Assembly (NCBI GenBank): GCA_963827565.1
Contig: CAWHBG010000003.1
Coordinates: 867,543 to 931,542 of the forward strand
DNA length: 64,000 nucleotides
From: Candidatus Aminicenantes bacterium
GTDB lineage: Bacteria; Acidobacteriota; Aminicenantia; UBA2199
Reading direction: 5' to 3'
The position numbers and the translations under genes were made by a program. Every line of letters begins with the position of its first letter. The stretch's first letter is position 1. Under the pieces are notes generated by a model that had not been told where the DNA came from, made no database searches, and was given only the letters and a program-made list of their open reading frames with translations. Shown here piece after piece: positions 19,063 through 28,686 of the stretch.

Positions 19063-20557
19063 CTAAATTTTCGATTTTTTCACGGTGTCAAACTCATCAA
19101 CGATCTCTTTTGACGGTAATTTGTCAAGGAGGCTTGCCAGGATGATTGCAAGGGCCGAAAACAGGAAGCCTGGAACGATCTCATACAGGTCGAATATTCC
19201 CCCGGAAATATTTTTCCATATCAAGACAGTGACCCCACCGGTAAAGATCCCTGAAATTGCACCATTGGCAGTCATCCTTTTCCAGAAAAGTGATAGGATC
19301 ACAACAGGGCCGAAGGTTGCACCAAATCCTGCCCATGCATACGCTACCAGCTCAAGTACACTGCTCTCCGGATTAAGAGCAATCATAAATGCAATAGCGG
19401 CAACAAGAATTACTGATAAACGGCTGACCCATACAAGCTCCTTGTCTCCTGGAGTTCTCTTCAGTACTATCCGGTACAGATCTTCAGTAATTGCGGATGA
19501 AGTTACAAGTAATTGAGAGTCAGCGGTACTCATGACTGCTGCAAGAATTGCGGCCAGGAGAATTCCGCCTATAAGAGGTGTGGTCAATTGACTCACAAGA
19601 ACCATAAATACTGTTTCCGATGCGGCTTTCCCGACCAGAGGGTTTTCTGTTAAAAGCACTCTTCCTACAATTCCGACTACAACTGCAGCAGATAAACTTA
19701 TTATTACCCAACCCATGGCAATACGTCTGGCTTTTTTTATTTTATCAGAAGAGCTGATCGCCATAAATCTGGCAAGTATATGTGGCTGCCCGAAATATCC
19801 GAATCCCCACGCCACAAGGGACAATACTGGAATAAATTTTAAATTCTTTCCCGAGGTTGAAGTAAATATATTCAGAAGTTCCGGGTTTATTACTTTGGCT
19901 TTAGCAATCGTCTGTTCAAACCCGCCCAATGCGGATACGCCAATGACGGGAATTATAATAATTGCAAAGAACATCAGCATTCCCTGAAAAAAATCTGTCC
20001 AACTGACGGCCATGAATCCGCCGAGAAATGTATAGCCGATGATCACAAATACCCCGATCGAAAGTGCAAAGATATAAGGAATATTAAAAACGGTATTAAA
20101 AAGTTTGGCCCCTGCGACAAATCCAGAAGATGTGTATAAGGAGAAAGAAGATTATAATAAAAACTGCAGAGAGTACTCTCAATATCCCGCTTTTATCCCG
20201 GAAACGGTTCTCAAAAAACACAGGGAGGGTAATTGAATTGCCGGCGATCTGAGTATATTTTCTCAATCTCTTTGCAATAAATTTCCAGTTGAGATAGGTC
20301 CCGACCATCAAACCCAGGGCGATCCATCCGGCTTCTAGTCCTGCAAGATATGCATATCCGGGCAAACCCAGGAGCAGCCAGCCGCTCATGTCCGATGCCT
20401 GTGCGCTGAGTGATGTCACCCATGCATTCAGCCCCCTTCCTCCGAGGACATAATCAGAAAGATTTTTTGTTCTGTTATAAAAATACCAGCCGATGCCCAT
20501 CATGAAAATAAGATAAATTGCGAATGAAATGAAAGTTCCTGCACTTGCTCCTGACAT
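19063..20557 (-). pseudogene. putP: sodium/proline symporter PutP (SSS family), frame-disrupted by one 1-nt indel near 20130-20136
   Basis: ORF 20096-20623 gives MSGASAGTFISFAIYLIFMMGIGWYFY..SLSAQASDMSGWLLLGLPGYAY. Shifting one base after ..FFLL gives YTSSGFVAGAKLFNTVFNIPYIFALSIGVFVIIGYTFLGGFMAVSWTDFFQG, which joins ORF 19063-20046 seamlessly. ATG at 20557 with a GGAG RBS. Confidence 0.85.
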
Positions 20558-20635
20558 GATTAATCTCCGGAATTGATTTAAAAAAATATAATAAACATTA
20601 CAATAAATTATATCAAGCGACAATATGTGAAATCC

Positions 20636-20693
20636 AAAAGGGGACAGATACCTTTAACATTTTAAAAAGGTGATATGGTACCTGTCCCCTTTT
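20636..20693. repeat. inverted REP doublet
   Basis: 20636-20655 aaaaggggacagataccttt and 20674-20693 tatggtacctgtcccctttt, 18-nt spacer. Lies in the divergent region between putP and the surface-protein gene. Confidence 0.85.
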
Positions 20694-20839
20694 CTGAAAC
20701 GATTATTTTCTTTTTTTTATCGATAAGAAAATATAGCCAAAAATTAACAAATAGTAGTAGTTTTTATTTGTGGGAAAAGGGAATGTAGAAAAATTGTTAT
20801 ATATAAACTATTAAAAATAAATAAATATTTAAAAATTAG

Positions 20840-20868
20840 TTGACGCATAAAAATTTTTGATTTAAGAT
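20840..20868 (+). promoter_or_regulatory. candidate sigma70-type promoter
   Basis: TTGACG-N17-TAAGAT about 100 nt upstream of the ATG at 20973 (AGGAGG RBS). Sequence pattern only, in very AT-rich DNA. Confidence 0.3.
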
Positions 20869-20972
20869 GTCACATTTTTTTATTATTTCAGCATTCAGTT
20901 CGGGCAAAGTAATAACAAAAATGTTGAAAATATTAAGATAAAAATATTAAAATATAAATTCCAGGAGGAGAG

Positions 20973-23822
20973 ATGAAGAAGAGATTTTATTTTATAGTTA
21001 TTTGGTGTATTTTTTTTATCCAATTAAATGCATCTGTTAAAATGGTTGGAAGTATTGAAGAATTGACCGGATTGAAAATAAGTTGTCATCCTCATTTTTC
21101 AATTATTGTTGAATTTCCAAAGGATATAACATATTAAAAGCCAGACAAATGTGGAGAAAATGAGGCGGAGTGGACAGTTGATCATGATCTTAATTTGTTA
21201 TGGGCTCAACCAGATAACCTGGGCAGTCATGACTGTACAATTAAAGTTGTAATAGATGCGTATAAAGATATTTTACTCAGGTTAAGAGTTGAAAAGGAAT
21301 CCAAAAATCTGATCCATACAATTGTATTGAAAAAAGCCGTTTTTGTACATAAGAACGATATGAAAGATACAGCTATTATTGAGAATGGTAATTCACCGGA
21401 AAGGAAAATAAAAAAAGGTAAGAATGAAAATGCTGTTCCAGAAAATTCGTTCGAAATTTTAAATATAAGTGTTAAAGGAAATGAAGATTCTGAGATTACA
21501 AAAAGAATTACTGAGAGTAATCCTGATATAGGTGTTTTAGATAATTCAGATACCAATAAATCTCCATTTAAACTTGAATCATACTTTTCTCTTTCCGGGG
21601 GTACTCAGAGTCTTAAAGGTTCCTCTTTCATGATGAATGGTGAGATTATAGTTGCCGGAAAAAATAAAAGCGGAATATTTTTTCAGGGAGCAGGAAAAAC
21701 CGTTATAAATAATATGTTAAAGCAGTATGGTTTTTCTGTTGGTGCAGGATTTGAACCGGGTAAATTGGGGTTTTTCCTGTTTGGTGATCTTCTTTTACAT
21801 AAGTTCGGTGATGAATTCAATTCTACGACCCATTTTCAGATTAGACCATCATTCCGGTACAGATTGTCGGATAAGGTTCATTTGTCAGGCTTCTAGGCAA
21901 TTCCACTCGGTGCATGGCAGTACACAGGTGTTGAAGTTCCAGGAGAACCAGGATTCGGATATCTATAATAAATCATTATCTCATGTGGGGGTTGATTTTT
22001 CAGTTTACTTAAAGAATATGTTCGTTGATCTCCGGGCATTGTTTGCTGAGGGATCTGCATTTGGGATTGATCTTAAGGCAGGATATGAGTTTATCAGAAA
22101 AATATTTGTAACAATTAATTATATGTATCAGACAAGTGGTGACTATGAATATGTGGACGGAATTTCTAATAGAAGTCAGAATCGGTATTGGCGTTACTTT
22201 TAATATGAGAAATTTTGAAAACAGAGTAAAGAACAGGATTATTTTCAGGCCGGATTATCCGATGGTTATTGTTGATAAAAAAGAACTGGATGAAAGAGAT
22301 TCAGATATAGAACCTAAAATCAGCCTAATCGGGACTCCAACTACCGGTTATGCTCCCCTTGATGTAAGTTTTACTGCTAGCCACAAGGGATTTAAAGGTA
22401 GTAATGTAGAAATAACCTGGTATTTTAATACAACATATTCAACTACTACGAACAAAAAAGATAGTGGATTTACCTATACGACTCCAGGTTCTTATGACTG
22501 CTATGTTGAGGGTAAGGATGAATTTGGGAATTTTGCTAAGAGTAATACCGTAACAATAACTGTTCTCGACACGATAACGGATGATGATGAATTTACAATA
22601 TCCTCAAGTGTTTCAGGTGGGACTGGAATTATAACTCCGGAGGGGACAACAATAGTAAATCTTAATCAGGATCAGAAATACGCAATGACTCCCGGAGATG
22701 GATGGTTTGTAAGTAAAGTTCTTGTTGACGGTAAAAGCGTTGGTGCAGTGACGGAGTACATTTTCAAAAAGGTTTCTGCAAATCACACGATCTCTGTTGA
22801 ATTTACTGACTCAGAGTCGGAAAGTTATACTGTTTCGGCAAGTTCCGGTACTGGGGGTTCGATCTCTCCGAATGGAAATATTACTGTAACCGCAGGAGAT
22901 TCAATAGAATTCACAATGACAGCAGACGATGGATATGAATTGGATACTTTAAAGGTTGATGGGAGTAATGTAAGTGTATCTGGAAATACTTTTACTCTCA
23001 CAAATATCCAAAAAGACCAGACTGTTGCAGTGACATGGAAATTAAAAACTTATACTGTTACTGGAACGGTAAGAAATAGTCAGTATGGAACAATTTCTCC
23101 GGTTTCAGCCATAGTTGAACATGGAAGTGATGCAGTAATTAGTTTCACTCCTGAAGATGGTAACAAAGAGACAATAAGGTATTGGATAAACGGAACAGTA
23201 ACTAATGCCAAAGGGAGTACAGGAGTTACCATCAGCAATGTGACTTCCAACCAAACTGTAGAAGTTGAGTTTGACTGGATATATTACAATATCACGGTTC
23301 GTCTTGTGAAAATCGGAGATTATTCTAATTTAGCCAGTGCTACACTGAACCCATCAGCAGGGACCTATTCCTACAGGGCGGGATCCAATGCGACATTTAA
23401 TTGTAATTTGGCAACCAATACTTAGTTACTCGTGTTGATATAAATGGAAGAACGACTACAGACGGGGTAAATGTAACATTTGTTAATGTTCAGAGAAATC
23501 ATTATCTTGAATTTTATATAAGAAGGGGGTAGTTGGCCTAAATCTTAATATCTACGGATGTTTTTACGGCAGTATATGGGATAATTGGGGTCATTCAACA
23601 AACAATGGGGGAACCAAAACGTGGACAATTCCTGCAGGAGAACCAGTAACAGTACATTTTTCACCGGCCACACCATATCCAGCCAATGTGGATCATTACA
23701 TATTAACAACACAGAACGGCCAGCTTATATGGCTTCCCGCACAATGGACAATTAACAGTCCAAAAGCAGGTGATTGCCTGCATGTTAAGTGTGTCGATGA
23801 AGACGGAAACATTATAATGTGA
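20973..23822 (+). pseudogene. large surface protein (signal peptide, beta-barrel-like region, PKD domain, 4 InlB-B-repeat-like domains, C-terminal domain), multiply frame-disrupted
   Basis: Starts MKKRFYFIVIWCIFFIQLNA, with an in-frame TAA at 21135-21137. ORFs 21195-21896, 21727-22203 and 22136-23425 overlap in shifting frames. The barrel-like part reads ..GVDFSVYLKNMFVDLRALFAEGSAFGIDLKAGYEF..RIGIGVTFNM. PKD-like segment at about 22307-22567 (GYAPLDVSFTA..YTTPGSYDCYVEGKDEFGN). About 75-aa repeats run from about 22592 to about 23510 (YTVSASSGTGGSISPNG.., YTVTGTV..GTISP..). After further shifts at about 23415 and about 23525, the reading continues to a TGA at 23820-23822. Confidence 0.55.
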
Positions 23823-23892
23823 CGATGAAGGTGTCACCTTACGAATCGTGAAATTTTGTAAACTGATCCAGGAATCAAACATCAATAAGAAG

Positions 23893-23921
23893 TCTCCGGG
23901 CCGAAAGGCCCGGGGGGTTTT
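23893..23921 (+). terminator. rho-independent terminator
   Basis: tctccgggcc-gaaa-ggcccggggg hairpin (about 10 bp including G-U pairs) followed by TTTT, about 70 nt after the end of the surface-protein reading frame. Confidence 0.55.
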
Positions 23922-23935
23922 CCCACGAATAAACC

Positions 23936-24168
23936 ATGAAAGTACTTGAAATTTTGAGAGAAATATCAAACGATTGGGATGAAGAAAAAAACAAACGATC
24001 TTTTTTTGACAATCAATTAGATTCTGAAGAATTATCTTGGTGGAAATGTAAAAGTGGTCATTCATGGAAAGCACCAATCCTGCAAAGACTTCGGGGAACG
24101 GCAATTGTCCTTTGTGCAAAAAAGAATTAAGTATTAAAGAGCCTGGATATATTTTTAAAGATTTTTAA
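23936..24168 (+). pseudogene. DUF4379-type treble-clef zinc-ribbon protein, frame-disrupted near 24100
   Basis: ..DWDEEKNKRS...LSWWKCKSGHSWKAPILQRLRG, then a 1-nt shift gives NGNCPLCKKEL... ending at 24168. This restores the expected W-x-C...GH-x-W...C-P-x-C pattern. Confidence 0.5.
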
Positions 24169-24569
24169 GTTGATAATACCTTGCAGAAATAGTATTTTAA
24201 CTATTGATAGATTAAAGAGGGGATATATTTCAGAGTATAACTGAAAAGAGCTATTTGAGCGATGATTGTTTTAATATTTTGATTTTACAGACAGGATTAA
24301 ATATTCAGGCATTAGAGAGAGATTATAATGATGAGTTAAAGCTTCTAGTTCAAAATTTAATCAAAAAAAATTTAACGAGGTAATATATGCCGGTGAAAAA
24401 CTCTTAAATGTAATATCAGAAGAACAGGCGGTATACGGGGAAAATTCTTTTTGTTACTTGGGGCAGCTTATGAAAAAATTAAAGATAAAGATAATGCGGT
24501 GGAGAATTATCTTCTAGGCGATATGCTTACTTAATGATCTGGCCATTAAAGGAATAGATTTTTCAAAGA

Positions 24570-25460
24570 TTGGGGATATTTAAAGCAACCTTGTATGGAA
24601 AAATGGTCAATGGGAGAAGAGTATATGAAAAGGTTGGAAAGAGAAAAAGGAGGAAAAAATTTCCTTTTCTTGTTGCAATTGGAGCGATAGGATTAATTGT
24701 GGCAGTGGCCATACTGTTAAAGAAAAATAAAGCAACCGGGGAAACAATTGATACAAAAGATGTCTATGCAAAAGAGGTTTTCAATAGTATTAAATGGATC
24801 GATGTCCCTTCAGGTGAATTTTTAATGGGGGATAATCATAATATGGGATCAATTGATGAAAGACCTGTTCACAAGGTGTATCTGGATTCTTTTAAGATAT
24901 CCAAATATGAGGTTACCTATTTAGAAATTAAAAAGTATTTAACAGCAAATCCGGAAGCAAAGATTTATCCTCACTCAACAGGGGAAGCAAAACCTGTAGA
25001 TTCATTAAATAGAGAGGAGATTCAGCTGTTTATTGACTGGTTGAGAAAATATACAGGGAAAAATATAGATCTTCCTACAGAGGCTCAATGGGAAAAGGCG
25101 GCCCGCGGAACTGATCAGAGAATATATCCATGGGGGAACAAAAAACCGGATTGCTCGATCTTAAATTATAATATGTGTGTTGTTTTTCCGACTTATGTTG
25201 GAAGCTATCCTCAGGACAAGTCTTTTTATGGTGTTATGGATATGGGGGGAAATGTTTCTGAGATGTGCAAAGATTTTTATCAGTCTAGATTTTATAAAAT
25301 CTCACCATACAGAAATCCGACCGGGCCCGGATCCGGACAGTACTATGTGGTGAGGGGAGCTCATTCTTCATCAAAAGATCCCAGGGCCTCAAACAGAGAG
25401 AAAATAGGTGTTGATGAAAAAAAACCTAACGTTGGTTTCAGGTTGGTTTGGAATAATTAA
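24570..25460 (+). CDS. membrane-anchored SUMF1/EgtB/PvdO (formylglycine-generating-enzyme fold) domain protein; 5' extension probably frame-disrupted
   Basis: TM FPFLVAIGAIGLIVAVAILL. FGE-sulfatase-type motifs FLMGDNH..ERPVHKVYLDSFKISKYEVT, LPTEAQWEKAARG, YGVMDMGGNVSEM, VVRGAHSS, NVGFRLVWNN. The upstream 24230-24569 reads as helical-repeat-like coding pieces (..FNEVIYAGEKLLNVISEEQAVYGENSF.., ..AAYEKIKDKDNAVENYLLG..) in three frames that run into this ORF. Confidence 0.7.
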   Translation: MGIFKATLYGKMVNGRRVYEKVGKRKRRKKFPFLVAIGAIGLIVAVAILLKKNKATGETIDTKDVYAKEVFNSIKWIDVPSGEFLMGDNHNMGSIDERPVHKVYLDSFKISKYEVTYLEIKKYLTANPEAKIYPHSTGEAKPVDSLNREEIQLFIDWLRKYTGKNIDLPTEAQWEKAARGTDQRIYPWGNKKPDCSILNYNMCVVFPTYVGSYPQDKSFYGVMDMGGNVSEMCKDFYQSRFYKISPYRNPTGPGSGQYYVVRGAHSSSKDPRASNREKIGVDEKKPNVGFRLVWNN

Positions 25461-25510
25461 TCTCGAAATATACTTGTGCCTAAATACAATCTCTGCCAAA
25501 AGGTAAAAAT

Positions 25511-27043
25511 CTATTTCAAAACCGGTGATACAAATGCCGGCATATCTGAGATTGCTCCGTTTTTATCAATAACTCCGACTGAAAAAGAGATTCCGGAGAG
25601 TTCTTTTGCCCGGAATTCATAAGTTCTTCCATCTTCCGGGTTCACACGATCGACCTCAGAGACCGAATTCCCCTCTTTTTTGTATATTATATACTTATCA
25701 ATTCTTTTGTCCTTAGAGGGCGATTCTGACCAATTAAGCTTGATAATATACTCTTTTAAGAAGACGCTCTGGTTCAAAAACGCTTCTGCAGAAACATTTG
25801 TTAGGGGGAAGTCCTTCGGGTCGTTTATAACCTGCGTATGGATAAAAATTCAGCATCATATATTGTTCAGGATTCAAATAGATCATCAATATTTGTAAGA
25901 GAGTAATATCCATTGCTGTTTCCGCCCCACCCGAAATTAATGTGAACATGATCTAATATCCATTATAAATTCTATATCCATCAATAACTACCTGATGAGG
26001 TTGGCCATACAAAACTGAAACTTCAGGAGCTATAGACAAAATTGTAGGTAAATTTTTGTCAATTTGAAACTTTGCTTGATTAAACCAAGCCTTGTCATTA
26101 GGAAAATTTAAACTGCAAATTTGATACATATCATCAGAATACAATAGGTTGGTAATCAGTTCTGGATTATATCCACCAATTGCGGCGCTGATCCCCAAAC
26201 TCCATAAGACATTTCAAAAGTGCGACACCGACATCAAACATAGGGTTGCGACTGCCATGTTTTTCTTCATCTGTGGAATCGGTACCGACTCTATCTTTCA
26301 TTTCCACCATTTATATTCTTTATCAAAGTTTGCAGTTAAAGTCTGTTTGCTTAATTATCATAATATGTTGTTCAGATCCTTTTCCTCTGACTGGCCATTC
26401 AAAATAATTAATAACTTGAGCAAAAGCAGTTGCCACACAGCCAGTTGGTGTTTTTCCGTAACCATCTATGACAGGGTAATAATATTATATGGTTCATCTT
26501 GATCCCATTTGGTGATTATAAGAGGTTCTACTTCTTGGTGTCGATTTGAACATTTGTAGCAGAAAGATCACTTATATGAGATATGACTTTATAATAAGCT
26601 TATTGATAAGGTTCTGGTTATTACCTTTCCAAATTCAATTGATATCCGGAATGTTTTTCAATTCAGCGATTTTTTTATGATAGTTTTGATAATTTTCAAA
26701 AAGCAATATTCTATAAAAGGATACTCTCCGGAAGTATTGAATCGTTATTAAGAGAATACATTTTTATAGGTGGCAGATAATCCTGCCCTGAGATAATCAC
26801 ATATCCTTTTGGATAGAAATCAAATACATAGGCAACCAAAATATTTTCTCTGACAATTTCCTGTCCTTTCATAACCCGGACCTGATCACCAAAATCTTCT
26901 TCAAGGATCTCGGTCCAGTTCTCAGCAATTATCTGAGCTTCATTAAAAGTGATTTCCCTGGCATAAAAGATACCGGCAATCAGGATGATCGATAACAAAA
27001 TTGTAAATGAGTTTTTTAAGCATATTGTTCTTTCTCCTTGCAA
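25511..27043 (-). pseudogene. peptidase C10 (streptopain-like cysteine protease) with N-terminal Spi-type pro/inhibitor domain and C-terminal Ig/FN3-like domain, multiply frame-disrupted
   Basis: Minus-strand pieces in shifting frames: 26711-27043 signal plus ..ITFNEAQIIAENW..VAYVFDFYPKGYVIISGQDYLPPIKMYS (Spi-like); about 26500 ..TKWDQDEPYN..; about 26440 ..GKTPTGCVATAFAQVINYFEWP (catalytic Cys); 25953-26198 ..GQPHQVVIDGY (His); about 25900-25950 DHVHINFGWGGNSNGYYSL; 25511-25777 C-terminal beta domain. Confidence 0.75.
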
Positions 27044-27301
27044 TTAACAAAATTAGATTACTCCAGGAGTCAAAAGTGATGAACCATGAGGCTGGATACA
27101 TTTTCTCCCTACAAAATATTTAGTTAGGAACATCAGAGGGGGCTTCTATATAGATTGCCCGGAATTAGAGATATCATTTTATACCAGTAATACAAATGGC
27201 AATATATAAGATACTGCTTCATTATATTTCCCTCAAAGTGTATTTTAGTAAAACCTGTTGTAGAATCAATAAATAATTAAATTTATTTTAAATTATTTAT
27301 T

Positions 27302-27321
27302 AAAAGGGGACAGGCACCTTT
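27302..27321 (+). repeat. REP-like element copy (5' flank of RAYT)
   Basis: aaaaggggacaggcaccttt. Confidence 0.85.
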
Positions 27322-27378
27322 TTGTTAATATTGTTGAAATTAGTAAAATTATATATTATATCTATATTGAAATAAATT

Positions 27379-28281
27379 ATGGCAAGATTAAGAAGAATAA
27401 AAGTTAAAGATTCTGATGCATATTATCATGTGATGTCAAGAACTGTAGGCCAGGAATTTCTCCTACAAAATAGTGAAAAAGATAAATTTATTGAAATAAT
27501 GTTTGATTTGTCAAAATTATTCTTTGTAAAAATAATAGGATTTTCAGTGATGAGCAATCACTTTCATCTACTAATAAAAATGGAAAGTAATGAGTCTTAT
27601 ACTGATGAAGATATATTAGACAGGTTAGAATTCTATTATAAAAGAGAATTAGTGCTTAGTAAATGTGAGATTAATAAATATAGAGAATCATTAGGCGATA
27701 TTTCGAATTGCATCAAATTTATAAAACAGAAGTTTTCTTTATGGTTTAACAAGGTTAATAACCGAAAGGGACATTTTTGGTCAGATCGTTTTAAGTCAGT
27801 TTTAATAGAAAGTGGGGAAAGCTTATTAAATTGCTTAGCTTATATCGATTTAAATTCAGTTAGAGCAAACTTAACTGAGCTTCCTGAAGAGTATAAATGG
27901 AGCAGTGTTTATTATAGAACAAAAAAAAATGATCATTTATCATCACTTAGTTTTGATGGAATAAATACAAATTCAGGTTGTGACTTTTTATCTGAATATT
28001 TGATGTATTTATATTTTGCAGGAGATATCACCGAAAAAAATAGAATAAAAGAGAAATCAATAAAAAATGATAATAGTTTTGTAATAAAGAGAGGAGTTTT
28101 TAGTAAAAAGCAAAATACTTTTACAAATTGTATGGTTATGGGATCATTTAATTTTATTCAGACCTCATATAAAATGTTTGGAAATTCAATTCTTACAAAG
28201 AATAGAAAACAAGCATATAATGCAGAATTTTCAGATAATATATATTCAGTCCGACGAAAATATACACAAAGTGTTCATTAA
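27379..28281 (+). CDS. REP-associated tyrosine transposase (RAYT; IS200/IS605 Y1 HUH family, COG1943-like)
   Basis: 300 aa, intact. N-terminal AYYHVMSRTVGQEFLL; HUH motif SNHFHLLIKM; GHFWSDRFKSVLIES; catalytic-Tyr helix LAYIDLNSVRANL (equivalent to YIxxNPVRAGL). Confidence 0.8.
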   Translation: MARLRRIKVKDSDAYYHVMSRTVGQEFLLQNSEKDKFIEIMFDLSKLFFVKIIGFSVMSNHFHLLIKMESNESYTDEDILDRLEFYYKRELVLSKCEINKYRESLGDISNCIKFIKQKFSLWFNKVNNRKGHFWSDRFKSVLIESGESLLNCLAYIDLNSVRANLTELPEEYKWSSVYYRTKKNDHLSSLSFDGINTNSGCDFLSEYLMYLYFAGDITEKNRIKEKSIKNDNSFVIKRGVFSKKQNTFTNCMVMGSFNFIQTSYKMFGNSILTKNRKQAYNAEFSDNIYSVRRKYTQSVH

Positions 28282-28455
28282 CTGAAATTAACTTCTTTTT
28301 TTTGATTAAGTCTATAAATATAAAAAAATTCTCAAAATTTATAAAAAATTTACAATTACTCAATAATTTTAAAGATAAAACAAATATTTTCTTTTTGATT
28401 TACTAATTTATTTTTGCTAATTCAAAACAAAATTCTTTAAAATGATAATAATTGT

Positions 28456-28475
28456 AAAAGTGCCTGTCCCCTTTT
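28456..28475 (-). repeat. REP-like element copy (3' flank of RAYT)
   Basis: aaaagtgcctgtcccctttt. Confidence 0.85.
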
Positions 28476-28686
28476 TATTAATTTACATGTAGGTTCCTAT
28501 AAATAATTAAAATTAATAAGAAAAATCCTTTTTTATAAACCTTTGTTTGAGGTTTGCAATTGATCATTTTCCTTTAAAATTTGAGTTATTTTATTGTGAA
28601 TTGTTAACTTTGATAATCTTTTAACTATTTTATTGCTTTTTTTTTATTTTATTTTTAAAATCATTTTGTATTTTGAGAGGTGGTAA

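Larger units (their letters stand above)
27302..28475 (+). mobile_element. REPtron unit: RAYT transposase gene bracketed by an inverted pair of REP copies
   Basis: REP at 27302-27321 (aaaaggggacaggcaccttt) 57 nt upstream of the RAYT start. An inverted REP at 28456-28475 (aaaagtgcctgtcccctttt) lies 174 nt downstream of its stop. The two copies are reverse complements with 1 mismatch, and both carry the GTGCC subvariant. Confidence 0.75.

Noticed and set aside
24570-25460. Diversity-generating retroelement targeting the FGE/CLec-fold C-terminus
   Set aside because: There is no reverse transcriptase ORF and no second (template) copy of the 3' region anywhere in the window. The idea is kept only as a genome-wide check.
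27268-27301. 11-bp perfect palindrome aataaataatt / aattatttatt abutting the RAYT-proximal REP
   Set aside because: It is pure A/T sequence in an extremely AT-rich spacer. The chance occurrence is not negligible, and no second example exists next to other REPs. It is noted under the REPtron finding but not called as a feature.
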